The position numbers were made by a program, and so were the translations under genes. Positions 28,969-37,278 of a stretch of DNA of 39,823 bases are shown piece after piece. The DNA lies in contig SKYL01000120.1 in NCBI GenBank assembly GCA_007127935.1, forward strand, positions 1 through 39,823, written 5' to 3'. Numbering within the stretch: the stretch's first letter is position 1; each line of letters begins with the position of its first letter. Source of the DNA: Halorhodospira sp. (GTDB lineage: Bacteria > Pseudomonadota > Gammaproteobacteria > Nitrococcales > Halorhodospiraceae). The notes below the pieces were generated by a model. That model was given only the letters and a program-made list of their open reading frames with translations, was not told the DNA's origin and searched no databases.

Positions 28969-31188
28969 ATGCGCCGGCATCTTCAGGACAAGCTTTGGCC
29001 GATCGGGATCGGACTCCTGCTCCTCGCCTATTCGGTGTGGGGCTTGCAGACCGACTTTGGTCCGATCCGCGCCGTCATCGACCGCACCGAGAGCATCGTC
29101 TACGACCAGCGGTTGCTGCTGACCCTACCCGCCGACCCGGAACCCGACGAGCGCGTGGTCATCGTCGACATTGATGAAAAGAGCCTGGCAGAGCTGGGCC
29201 GGTGGCCGTGGTCGCGGGCGGTGGTCGCCCAGCTGGTGGAACGGCTGTGGGACTACGGCGCGGTGGTGATCGCCTTCGATATTGTCTTCGCCGAGGCGGA
29301 GCGCAACATCGTCGAAGAGGTGGCCGGCGCCGTGGACCATCCGGAAGCGAAAGAACGGCTGTTGGCGCTGCGCCCACACTTCGACGGTGACCGGTTGCTG
29401 GCCGAACGTATCGCCGAGGGCGACACCGTCCTCGGCTACGTGCTGCACGGTGACCGAACGGAAGGGCACGCCGGTGTTCTGCCGCCGCCGTCGTTGCAGG
29501 GCTTCGAGGTAGACGGGCGCCCCTTGGCGCTCACCCGGTTTCCCGCCTACACCGGCAACCTGCCGATCCTCCAGGAGCACGCCGCCGGTGCCGGCTTCTT
29601 CACGGTGGTTCCCGACGACGACGGCGTTGTCCGCCGCGCTCCGCTGGTCCTCGGCCACGACGGCAGCGTCTACGCCTCGCTCGCCTTGGAGACGGTCCGC
29701 CTCTACCAATTGATTGATGGATTTGAGTTGCGGACCGGTGCGCTGGGCGACCACCAAAGCGTCGACGCGGTGGATCTGGGTGGGGCCATCCTGCGGACCG
29801 ACGCCCGGGGGCGCGCCATCATCCCCTACCGCGGGCCACGGGGCAGCTTCCACTACATCAGCGCCGCCGACATCATCGCCGAACGGGCCGATCCGGAGCT
29901 GCTCATCGGCTCCATCGCCCTGGTGGGAACCAGCGCCGTCGGCCTCTTCGACCTGCGTGCCACTCCGGTGGGCAGCGTCTACCCCGGCGTGGAGGTCCAC
30001 GCCAACCTAATCGCGGGGATTCTGGACGAATCCTTCCCCCACCGGCCTGCCTGGGCCGACGGCGCCGACCTGGTCACCGTCCTCGGGCTCGGCCTGATCG
30101 CCGCCATCGCCATGCCGTTTTTGGGTCCGGTGGCGACGCTGCTCCTCGCCTTGCTGCTGCTGGGGGGCATATCCGCCTGGAACCTGTGGGCGTGGACCGA
30201 GCACGGCCTAGTCCTCGGTTACGCCCCCATCGTTTTCACCATCTCCTCCATCACCGTGCTCAACCTGGGGTGGGGCTTCCTCTTCGAGCACCGCCGCCGC
30301 AACGTGATGCGCAAGCGGTTCGGGGAGTACGTGCCGCCGGAGCTGGTGGACGAGATGTCGGAGCGGCCCGACCACTTCGGGTTTGAAGGGGAGACCCGGG
30401 AACTGACCATCCTCTTCGCCGACATCCGCAGCTTCACCACCATCTCCGAGCCGCTGGACGCCGGGGCGCTGAAGGATCTGCTCAACCGCTTCTTCACCCC
30501 GATGACCCGGGTGATCTTCGAAAACCGGGGCACCATCGACAAGTACGTCGGGGACATGATCATGGCCTTCTGGGGCGCGCCCCTCCCCGACCCGGACCAC
30601 CGCCGCCACGCGGTGCGCGCCGCGCTCGGCATGCTGCGGGAGGCGGCCCGCCTGCGGGAAGCGTTCACCGCCGAGGGGCTGCCGCCGATCCATATCGGTG
30701 TCGGCCTCAACAGCGGCGTGGCCAACGTCGGCGACATGGGTTCCGAGTACCGGCGCGCCTACACCGCCCTCGGGGATGCGGTGAACCTCGCCTCCCGCGT
30801 GGAGAGCGCCACCAAGTCGTACGGCGTCGCCTTTGCCGTCACCGCCTACACCAAGGAGGGGCTGGAGGACGAGTTCGCCTTCCGCGAACTCGATTGCGTC
30901 CGGGTCAAGGGGAAGAAGGAGCCGGTCACCCTGTTCGAGGTGGTGGGGCCTCTGGATGAACTGACCGACGACCAGCGGCAACGGCTGGCGCGGCACGAAG
31001 AGGCGTTGCGGCTGTTCCGGGAGCGGCGCTGGGACGAGGCGGAGGCCCTCTTCCGTGCGTTGGCGGAGGCGCGGATCGACGACCGCCCCGACGCTTGCGC
31101 GGAGCTCCACCTGCAACGAATCGAGGAGTTGCGGGCCGCCGATCCCGGAGAAGGGTGGGACGGCGTCTTCGACCGGACCGAGAAATAG
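28969..31188 (+). CDS. CHASE2 sensor / class III adenylate (or guanylate) cyclase
   Basis: 739 aa, with the ATG 4 nt after the upstream stop. The CHASE2 N-terminus is VVIVDIDEKSLAELGRWPWSR...VIAFDIVFAE, followed by several TM helices. The cyclase core is LTILFADIRSFTTISE, DKYVGDMIMAFWGAP and YTALGDAVNLASRVES. The C-terminus is TPR-like. Confidence 0.9.
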   Translation: MRRHLQDKLWPIGIGLLLLAYSVWGLQTDFGPIRAVIDRTESIVYDQRLLLTLPADPEPDERVVIVDIDEKSLAELGRWPWSRAVVAQLVERLWDYGAVVIAFDIVFAEAERNIVEEVAGAVDHPEAKERLLALRPHFDGDRLLAERIAEGDTVLGYVLHGDRTEGHAGVLPPPSLQGFEVDGRPLALTRFPAYTGNLPILQEHAAGAGFFTVVPDDDGVVRRAPLVLGHDGSVYASLALETVRLYQLIDGFELRTGALGDHQSVDAVDLGGAILRTDARGRAIIPYRGPRGSFHYISAADIIAERADPELLIGSIALVGTSAVGLFDLRATPVGSVYPGVEVHANLIAGILDESFPHRPAWADGADLVTVLGLGLIAAIAMPFLGPVATLLLALLLLGGISAWNLWAWTEHGLVLGYAPIVFTISSITVLNLGWGFLFEHRRRNVMRKRFGEYVPPELVDEMSERPDHFGFEGETRELTILFADIRSFTTISEPLDAGALKDLLNRFFTPMTRVIFENRGTIDKYVGDMIMAFWGAPLPDPDHRRHAVRAALGMLREAARLREAFTAEGLPPIHIGVGLNSGVANVGDMGSEYRRAYTALGDAVNLASRVESATKSYGVAFAVTAYTKEGLEDEFAFRELDCVRVKGKKEPVTLFEVVGPLDELTDDQRQRLARHEEALRLFRERRWDEAEALFRALAEARIDDRPDACAELHLQRIEELRAADPGEGWDGVFDRTEK

Positions 31189-31197
31189 GGAGCCGCT

Positions 31198-31983
31198 TCA
31201 GTCGTAACCGGTGGTCGACCGGTCGGGAGCCCACTCCCCGTCGATGCGCTCCACCCACGTGTCGACCTCGCCGCCCCCGCCCAAGGTCAACCACCGCACC
31301 CCGGGGTTGACCGTATCCAAGGCGAAACCGGCGGAGTCGGGCTTGAACTGGATGCAGGTGGACGGACTGGACAGCAACCGCAACCCGTCGTGCCGCCGGT
31401 CGAACTCCTGATGGACGTGCCCCCAGACCACCAGCTTCACCTGGGGATGCCGGGACACGATCTCCAACAGCGTCTCGCCGTCCTCCACCCGCTGCTCATC
31501 GAGCCACCGGGCGCCCACCGGTACCGGCTGGTGGTGCAGGGAGACCACGACGGGGGTCTGCCGATCCCGCGTCAGCGCCGTACCGAGCCATTCCAACTGC
31601 TCGCCGCCGATCCGCCCCCCCACGGCGCCGGGGACTTGGCTATTGAGGAGGAGGAACCGCCAGCCGTCCAAGAGGAAGTCGGGGCCGAACCGAAGCACGT
31701 CGCCCCCGCCCAGTTCTTCCCGCATCAGGGTCAATTCGTCGTGATTGCCGGGGAGGACCAGGACCGGTTTGCCGAAACGCTCGAAATCCCGGCGGAACCG
31801 CCGATACGCCTCGCGATCCCCGTTGTGGCTGATGTCGCCGGTGGCGAGGACCAGATCGACGCCGTCCATGGCCGGGGTGATCCGGTGCAGCACGGCGTCA
31901 TAGCTGGCGGAAGGATCGACCCCGGCGAGCCGCCAATCCGGGCTCCCCTTCAGGTGGAGGTCGGTGATTTGGAGGACTTTCAT
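31198..31983 (-). CDS. cpdA: 3',5'-cyclic-AMP phosphodiesterase CpdA (metallophosphoesterase)
   Basis: 261 aa. It is collinear with E. coli CpdA: LQITDLHL, ATGDISHNGD, LPGNHD, SLHHQP, WGHVHQE and SPSTCIQFKP. Confidence 0.9.
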   Translation of the reverse strand: MKVLQITDLHLKGSPDWRLAGVDPSASYDAVLHRITPAMDGVDLVLATGDISHNGDREAYRRFRRDFERFGKPVLVLPGNHDELTLMREELGGGDVLRFGPDFLLDGWRFLLLNSQVPGAVGGRIGGEQLEWLGTALTRDRQTPVVVSLHHQPVPVGARWLDEQRVEDGETLLEIVSRHPQVKLVVWGHVHQEFDRRHDGLRLLSSPSTCIQFKPDSAGFALDTVNPGVRWLTLGGGGEVDTWVERIDGEWAPDRSTTGYD

Positions 31984-32007
31984 CGCCCCGGCGTGCCCAC
32001 GGCTCGC

Positions 32008-32439
32008 TCAGGCGACCCGCTGGCGCTCCCGAATCTCCTCCAGGGTCTTGCAGTCGATACAGAGCGTCGCCGTGGGGCGGGCCTCGAGGCGGCGAATACC
32101 GATCTCCACGCCGCACTGTTCGCAATAGCCGTAGTCGCCCTTGCGGATCTTCTCCAGCGTGGCGTCGATCTTGCGAATCAGCTTCCGCTCCCGGTCGCGG
32201 GTGCGCAACTCCAGTGCGAACTCCTCTTCCTGGGTCGCCCGGTCGGAGGGATCGGCGTAGTTGTTCGCATCATCCCGCATGTGGTGGACGGTGCGCTCCA
32301 CCTCCTCCTGCAAGTCGCGCTTCCACGCCTCCAACAGCTGCCGGAAGTGATCGAGCTGCTCATCGCTCATGTACTCCTCCCCGGCATCGGGCTCGTAGGC
32401 CTCAAAACCCTTCACGGGAAGCACATGCTTGTGACCCAT
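32008..32439 (-). CDS. dksA: RNA polymerase-binding transcription factor DksA
   Basis: The track ORF was trimmed to the ATG at 32439 (143 aa), preceded by GGAGGAG. The coiled-coil tip is DPSDRATQEEEFALELRTRDRERKLI and the C4 zinc finger is YGYCEQCG...CIDC. Confidence 0.93.
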   Translation of the reverse strand: MGHKHVLPVKGFEAYEPDAGEEYMSDEQLDHFRQLLEAWKRDLQEEVERTVHHMRDDANNYADPSDRATQEEEFALELRTRDRERKLIRKIDATLEKIRKGDYGYCEQCGVEIGIRRLEARPTATLCIDCKTLEEIRERQRVA

Positions 32440-32560
32440 ACCGTCTCCTCCCTCTACCGCTACCGTGCGTCCCGAACCATCCGGGATGCCGCACCGATGA
32501 TGGCTGGCGCCGCAACAACGATGCAAACGATAGTCGATCTACTTTCCGCTGTCGACAACT

Positions 32561-33643
32561 TCAAGCCGCCCGGGCCCGCAGTGCGCCACGCAAGGTCTCG
32601 GCCGCCTCCCGTAACGCCTTCGCGGTGGTCTCCCAGTCGATGCACGGATCGGTCACGGAGACCCCGTACTGCAATTGAGACCGGTCGCCGGTGAGCTTCT
32701 GGCTACCCCAACCGATGTTGCTCTCCAGCATCACGCCGACAATGGAGCTGTTGCCCTCAATGATCTGGTGCACCACGTCCTGGAGGACCATGGGCTGCAA
32801 CGCCGGGTCCTTGCTGGAGTTGGCGTGGCTGCAATCGACGACGATCCGCGGCGGCAAGCCAGCCGCCTCCAGCGCCTGTTCACACAGGCGGATACTCACC
32901 GTGTCGTAATTGGGCTGATTGTTGCCGCCGCGCAGCACCACGTGACCGTACCGGTTCCCCCGGGTGCGCACGATGGTGCAGCGCCCATCGGCGTCAATAC
33001 CGAGAAAACTGTGGGGGGTCGCGGCGGACTGCAGAGCGTTGATGGCCACCTGCTGGCTGCCGTCGGTGGCGTTCTTGAAACCGACCGGGGTCGACAAACC
33101 GCTGGCCATCTCACGGTGGGTCTGCGACTCCGTGGTCCGCGCACCGATGGCGGTCCACGAGATCAGGTCGCCGTAGTACTGCGGAGTAATCGGGTCCAAC
33201 CCCTCGGTGGCCACCGGCAGACCCATCTCGGTGATCTGCAACAACAATTTCCGGGCAATTTTCAAGCCCTTGTCGATGCGGAACGAGTCATCCATGTCCG
33301 GATCGTTGACCAACCCCTTCCAGCCCAATGTGGTACGCGGCTTCTCGAAATAGACACGCATCACCAGGCGGAGGGTGTCGCCCAACTCATCGGCGAGGGT
33401 CTTCAGTCGTCGTGCATAGTCGAGCGCGGCCTCTGGATCGTGGATGGAACACGGACCCACCACGACGAAAAGCCGGTGATCCCGGCGATCGAGGATATCG
33501 CGGAGGGTCTGCCGGCCTTCCAGCACGATCCGCTTGGCCGCGTCGTCCAGCGGCAACTCGCTCTTGATCTCTCTGGGGGTGGGCAACCGTTCGTGCTGTG
33601 CAACGTTGACGTCGTTGACGGGATCACTCACTGATTGTGGCAT
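32561..33643 (-). CDS. 3-deoxy-7-phosphoheptulonate (DAHP) synthase, class I alpha (AroF/AroG/AroH type; isozyme not assignable)
   Basis: 360 aa. Conserved blocks are LPTP.E.K...PL, RLFVVVGPCSIHDPEAALDYA.RLK, RVYFEKPRTT.GWKGL.NDP and IGARTTESQ.HRE.ASGLS.PVGFKN. Confidence 0.92.
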   Translation of the reverse strand: MPQSVSDPVNDVNVAQHERLPTPREIKSELPLDDAAKRIVLEGRQTLRDILDRRDHRLFVVVGPCSIHDPEAALDYARRLKTLADELGDTLRLVMRVYFEKPRTTLGWKGLVNDPDMDDSFRIDKGLKIARKLLLQITEMGLPVATEGLDPITPQYYGDLISWTAIGARTTESQTHREMASGLSTPVGFKNATDGSQQVAINALQSAATPHSFLGIDADGRCTIVRTRGNRYGHVVLRGGNNQPNYDTVSIRLCEQALEAAGLPPRIVVDCSHANSSKDPALQPMVLQDVVHQIIEGNSSIVGVMLESNIGWGSQKLTGDRSQLQYGVSVTDPCIDWETTAKALREAAETLRGALRARAA

Positions 33644-33734
33644 GAGGACCTGCTCAGGCCCGGACTCCGGGCACCTTTATGGTACGAATAACGCGCCATC
33701 GTACCGGGTGGCCGGGGGGCGCTTCAAGGACTGA

Positions 33735-34982
33735 TCACCCGGTGGCGCGGACCGACGAGATGAACTCATAGATGGGCGCGCCGCCTTCCGCCGCCTCGGC
33801 GTCGATGGTCAGGCGGGCCACCTCACCCCCTGCCGCCGGCACCGAGTACATCGGCTCCAGGAGGATCTCTTCCAGCACCGCACGCAGACCGCGGGCGCCG
33901 ACCCCACGCTCCAGGGCGCGCCGCGCCACCACCCGGAGGGCCTCGTCGGTGAAGACCAACTCACAACCATCCTCGGCCAACATCGCCCGGTACTGCTTCA
34001 CCAAGGCGTTGTCGGGCTCGGTCAGGACGCGCACCAACGTGTCTTCATCCAGCGGCTGAAGAACACTGATCACCGGCAGGCGGCCCACCAACTCCGGAAT
34101 CAAACCGTAATGCTGAAGATCGGCGGGCTCGGGATCCAAAGAGGCGCCCTCCGGCGATGAACAGACCCGCGCCGTAAAGCCGGCCCCCACCGGCGCCACC
34201 CGTCGCTCGATCAACCGATCGATCCCGTCGAAGGCACCGCCGCAGATGAAGAGGACATCGCGGGTATCGACAGTCACCGACCGCCGACGCTTACCCTGAG
34301 CCTGAAGCGTGACCCGGGTTCCTTCCAGGAGTTTGAGCAGGCCCTGCTGCGCCCCTTCGCCGGCCACGTCACGCGCCGTAGAGCCGCCGGCGGCGCGGGC
34401 GGCCAGCTTGTCGATCTCATCGAGATAGACGATTCCGCGCCCGGCCCGCTCGGGGTCATCCCCACAAGCGGACAGCAACCGCTGAATGATCGTCTCCGCA
34501 TCATCGCCGTTATAGCCGGCCGCTGTCAGCCGCGTGGCGTCCACCGAGACAAACGGCACCTCCAGGGCCCGCGCCAAAGAGGCCGCCATGTAGCTCTTGC
34601 CGGTACCGCTGGGCCCCACCAACAAGATGTTGCTCTTGGCAATCTCCGGCGCACTGCCCCGGCTGCGCCACAGAAGGCGTTTGTAGTGATTGTAGACCGC
34701 GACGGCAAGGGTCTTCTTGGCCCCGCCCTGACCGACCAGGTAACGGTCAAGATGGGCGCGAACCTCCCGGGGGCGGGGCATTCGGTCCAACATACGCTGG
34801 AAGCGGTGCTGGCGATCCTCTTCCAGCAATGCGTTGCACGCCTCGACGCAATCCTCACAGATATGGGCTTTCTCGCCACCGATCAACGGGCCGACCAAGT
34901 CTTCGGCACGGCCACAGAATGAGCAGGTAGAGATCGCGTCTTCCAAATCGCGGGAGACTTCGCCCCCCAGTGCTTCATTCAT
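33735..34982 (-). CDS. ClpX-like AAA+ ATPase (divergent paralogue; not next to clpP)
   Basis: 415 aa with AGGGG upstream of the ATG. It is collinear with ClpX. The C4 zinc-binding domain is CSFCGR...ICEDCVEAC, Walker A is GPSGTGKS, Walker B is IVYLDEIDK and sensor 2 is GARGLR. The pore-1 loop reads GYNG instead of GYVG, and the ClpP-docking loop reads GAGF instead of GIGF. Confidence 0.85.
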   Translation of the reverse strand: MNEALGGEVSRDLEDAISTCSFCGRAEDLVGPLIGGEKAHICEDCVEACNALLEEDRQHRFQRMLDRMPRPREVRAHLDRYLVGQGGAKKTLAVAVYNHYKRLLWRSRGSAPEIAKSNILLVGPSGTGKSYMAASLARALEVPFVSVDATRLTAAGYNGDDAETIIQRLLSACGDDPERAGRGIVYLDEIDKLAARAAGGSTARDVAGEGAQQGLLKLLEGTRVTLQAQGKRRRSVTVDTRDVLFICGGAFDGIDRLIERRVAPVGAGFTARVCSSPEGASLDPEPADLQHYGLIPELVGRLPVISVLQPLDEDTLVRVLTEPDNALVKQYRAMLAEDGCELVFTDEALRVVARRALERGVGARGLRAVLEEILLEPMYSVPAAGGEVARLTIDAEAAEGGAPIYEFISSVRATG

Positions 34983-35092
34983 GGGATTCCCCTTTTTCTA
35001 TCCGCACCGAACTCGCGGTATCCTCAGCGCATCCGCGCTCATACCATTCAACGGCAGGGCGGCGCGGGACTTGAGGGTGGTATACTTCCCCC

Positions 35093-35362
35093 ATGGATCA
35101 AAAACTGCTCGACATTCTCTGCTGTCCCGCCACGAAACGTCCGGTGGCCCCTCTGCCGCGGGCGGATCTCGACCGTCTGAATCAGCGGGTAAAGAAAGGA
35201 CTGGTGCAGCAACGGGATGGCGTTCCGGTGGAGCATCCCATCCGTGAGGCGTTGATCACCGATGACCATGCCTGGATCTACCGTGTGGACGACGGCATTC
35301 CGGTGATGCTGGAAGAGTGCGCGGTACCCGGAACGGCCCTGGATGACGCCCCCGGCGGCTGA
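35093..35362 (+). CDS. Trm112/YcaR (UPF0434) family small protein
   Basis: 89 aa. The N-terminal LLDILCCPATK and C-terminal YRVDDGIPVMLEE are the two hallmark Trm112 segments, separated by a longer than usual insert. Only part of the Cys zinc knuckle is retained. Confidence 0.75.
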   Translation: MDQKLLDILCCPATKRPVAPLPRADLDRLNQRVKKGLVQQRDGVPVEHPIREALITDDHAWIYRVDDGIPVMLEECAVPGTALDDAPGG

Positions 35363-35397
35363 CCGGGAACCGCCCGCAACGCACTCCTTCCCTCGGC

Positions 35398-36261
35398 ATG
35401 CCGGCGCCCCACACCTCCTCCTTGGCGGCAAGCACCGCGCCGCTCTCCGTGAAGCAACTCCTTTTGGAGGGGGCGGAGGCGCTGGAAGGCATCAGCCCCA
35501 CCCCTCGCCTCGACGCCGAGGTATTGCTGGCCCACACCCTGGGGTGTGACCGCAGCCGACTCTACGCTTGGCCTGATGCACCGGTCGGCGATGAACCGCG
35601 TGCCGCGTTTTCAACCCTCATCGGGCAACGCCTGAAAGGGATTCCGGTGGCTTATCTGCGGGGCCGCCAAGAGTTCTGGGGACTCGACCTGGAGATAGGC
35701 CCCGGCGCACTGATCCCCCGGCCCGAGACCGAGCACCTGGTGGAGGCCATCCTGAACCACTTGCCCCGCGGGGGGCGTTTTCTCGATCTTGGTACCGGCA
35801 GCGGCGCGGTGGCCCTGGCGGTCGCCCACGAACGTCCCGACGCCGTGGTGACCGCCACCGAACGGAGCCCGGCGGCCCTGGCGGTGGCCCGCAATAACCG
35901 GGATCGCCTGGGGCTCTCCCGTGTCACGCTGGTGGCGACGTGGTGGACCCATGGCGTCCGAGGCCCATTCGATGTCATCGCCTCCAACCCGCCGTACATC
36001 GCCGACGGCGACCTGTGCCTTCACGCCCTCCGGCACGAGCCGGTGGAGGCCCTGACGGCGGGCCCCGACGGCCTCGACGCCATCCGCGCCTTGCTGCCCG
36101 GTGCGGTGGCGGCCCTGGCCCCCGGCGGCATCCTGGCCCTGGAGCACGGTGCGGAACAGGGCGCGGCCGTGGCAACATGCATGGCCGAGGCGGGGCTGCA
36201 CCCCTTGGCGGGGGCCCACGACCTGGCCGGCCACTTACGAATCGCAACCGGAAGACGGTGA
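35398..36261 (+). CDS. prmC: Release factor glutamine N5-methyltransferase PrmC (HemK)
   Basis: 287 aa. Motifs are P.LDAEVLLAH, PVAYL.G..EFWGL.L.....LIPRPETE, the SAM motif LDLGTGSGA and the catalytic NPPYI. Confidence 0.92.
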   Translation: MPAPHTSSLAASTAPLSVKQLLLEGAEALEGISPTPRLDAEVLLAHTLGCDRSRLYAWPDAPVGDEPRAAFSTLIGQRLKGIPVAYLRGRQEFWGLDLEIGPGALIPRPETEHLVEAILNHLPRGGRFLDLGTGSGAVALAVAHERPDAVVTATERSPAALAVARNNRDRLGLSRVTLVATWWTHGVRGPFDVIASNPPYIADGDLCLHALRHEPVEALTAGPDGLDAIRALLPGAVAALAPGGILALEHGAEQGAAVATCMAEAGLHPLAGAHDLAGHLRIATGRR

Positions 36262-37010
36262 TGGACGACGAGGCGTTGCTGCGCTACAGCCGGCAGATCA
36301 TGCTCCCGGAGATCGACGCGGCGGGCCAGCAGGCGCTGGCCGACGCCTCGGTGCTGCTCATCGGCGCCGGTGGGCTCGGCTCCCCCGCCGCCCTCTACCT
36401 GGGCGCCGCCGGGGTGGGCCGCCTGGTCATCGCCGACGCCGACCACGTGGAACTCTCCAACCTCCAACGCCAGATCGCCCACGGCACCCCCGATCTGGGC
36501 CGCCCCAAGGTGGAGTCGGCCCGGGACGCGATCCACCGGCTGAATCCCACGGTGGAGGTCACGCCGCTGCCCCAACGCCTGGAGGGCGACGCCCTGGACG
36601 AGGCCGTGGCCGGCGTGGACTTGGTGCTGGACGGCAGCGACAACTTCGCCACCCGCTTCGCCGTCAACGCCGCCTGCATCCGGCGGCGGCGGCCGCTGGT
36701 CACCGCCGCGGTGATCCGCTGGGAGGTCCAGGTGGCGGTCTTCCGGGGGGACCGGGGCGAAGGCCCCTGCTACCGCTGTCTCTTTCCGGAGACCGAGGAT
36801 CAGCGGGAGACGTGCAGCGAGACCGGGGTGGCCGCGCCGCTACCGGGGGTGGCCGGGTCACTCCAGGCGCTGGAGGCATTGAAGCTCATTACCGGGGCGG
36901 GAGAGCCGTTGCAGGGGAGGTTGCTGATCATGGATGCCTTATCGATGCGGGTACGGATTCTCCATGTGCCGGCGGACCCGGAGTGCCCGGTTTGTAGCGG
37001 CCGACGGTAG
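36261..37010 (+). CDS. moeB: Molybdopterin-synthase adenylyltransferase MoeB (ThiF/HesA family)
   Basis: The track ORF was trimmed to the ATG at 36261 (TGATG overlap with the prmC stop), giving 249 aa. Motifs are LLRYSRQIMLPEI...Q..L....VLLIGAGGLGSPAALYLGAAGVG.L...D.D.V..SNLQRQ plus two CxxC pairs. As I recall, the same prmC-moeB order occurs in Pseudomonas. Confidence 0.88.
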   Translation: MDDEALLRYSRQIMLPEIDAAGQQALADASVLLIGAGGLGSPAALYLGAAGVGRLVIADADHVELSNLQRQIAHGTPDLGRPKVESARDAIHRLNPTVEVTPLPQRLEGDALDEAVAGVDLVLDGSDNFATRFAVNAACIRRRRPLVTAAVIRWEVQVAVFRGDRGEGPCYRCLFPETEDQRETCSETGVAAPLPGVAGSLQALEALKLITGAGEPLQGRLLIMDALSMRVRILHVPADPECPVCSGRR

Positions 37011-37016
37011 TGTGGT

Positions 37017-37278
37017 GGGTTAGGGGAGGCGTTTTGAGGCGGTCTGTGGTGGGCGCAGCCAGGGGTGGGGGGGTGCGTTTCGGCGACCCACTGCGCTCCT
37101 CGCCCTCCGCCGGGATCGGCCTGACGCGCTCCATGCGCGCAGGCCGACGCGCGCATCCCTGCGCGCGCCCTTCGGGTCTTTTCCGGCTCCGGGCGGTCGC
37201 TCCGTTCGACGTCGCCGAAACGCACCCCCCCCCCCCTGGCTGCGCCCACCCCCGACCGCCTCAAAACGCCCCCCAACC
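37017..37278. repeat. Long imperfect palindrome / MITE-like element in the moeB-gatB convergent intergenic region
   Basis: The left arm is 37017..37087 and the right arm is 37211..37278. They are reverse complements at about 90% identity over about 70 nt (GGTTAGGGGAGGCGTTTTGAGGCGGTCTGTGGTGGGCGCAGCCAGGGG.. versus ..CCCCTGGCTGCGCCCACCCCCGACCGCCTCAAAACGCCCCCCAACC). They flank a 123-bp GC-rich centre containing TGCGCGCA palindromes. A 12-nt poly-C run lies at 37225..37236. Confidence 0.8.

Noticed and set aside
33658-33705. Two short hairpins (GCCCGG-ACT-CCGGGC and GGTACGA-N11-TCGTACC) between the ClpX-like stop and the DAHP synthase start, considered as a terminator or attenuator
   Set aside because: The stems are only 6-7 bp, there is no U-tract on the transcribed (minus) strand, and no leader peptide is present. 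This cannot be distinguished from chance GC-rich dyads.
35071-35092. TATACT hexamer 6 nt before the Trm112-like ATG, considered as a sign of a leaderless mRNA promoter
   Set aside because: The only TTGAGG-like -35 is 4 nt away, which is the wrong spacing, and no other -35 is evident. The evidence is insufficient to call a promoter.
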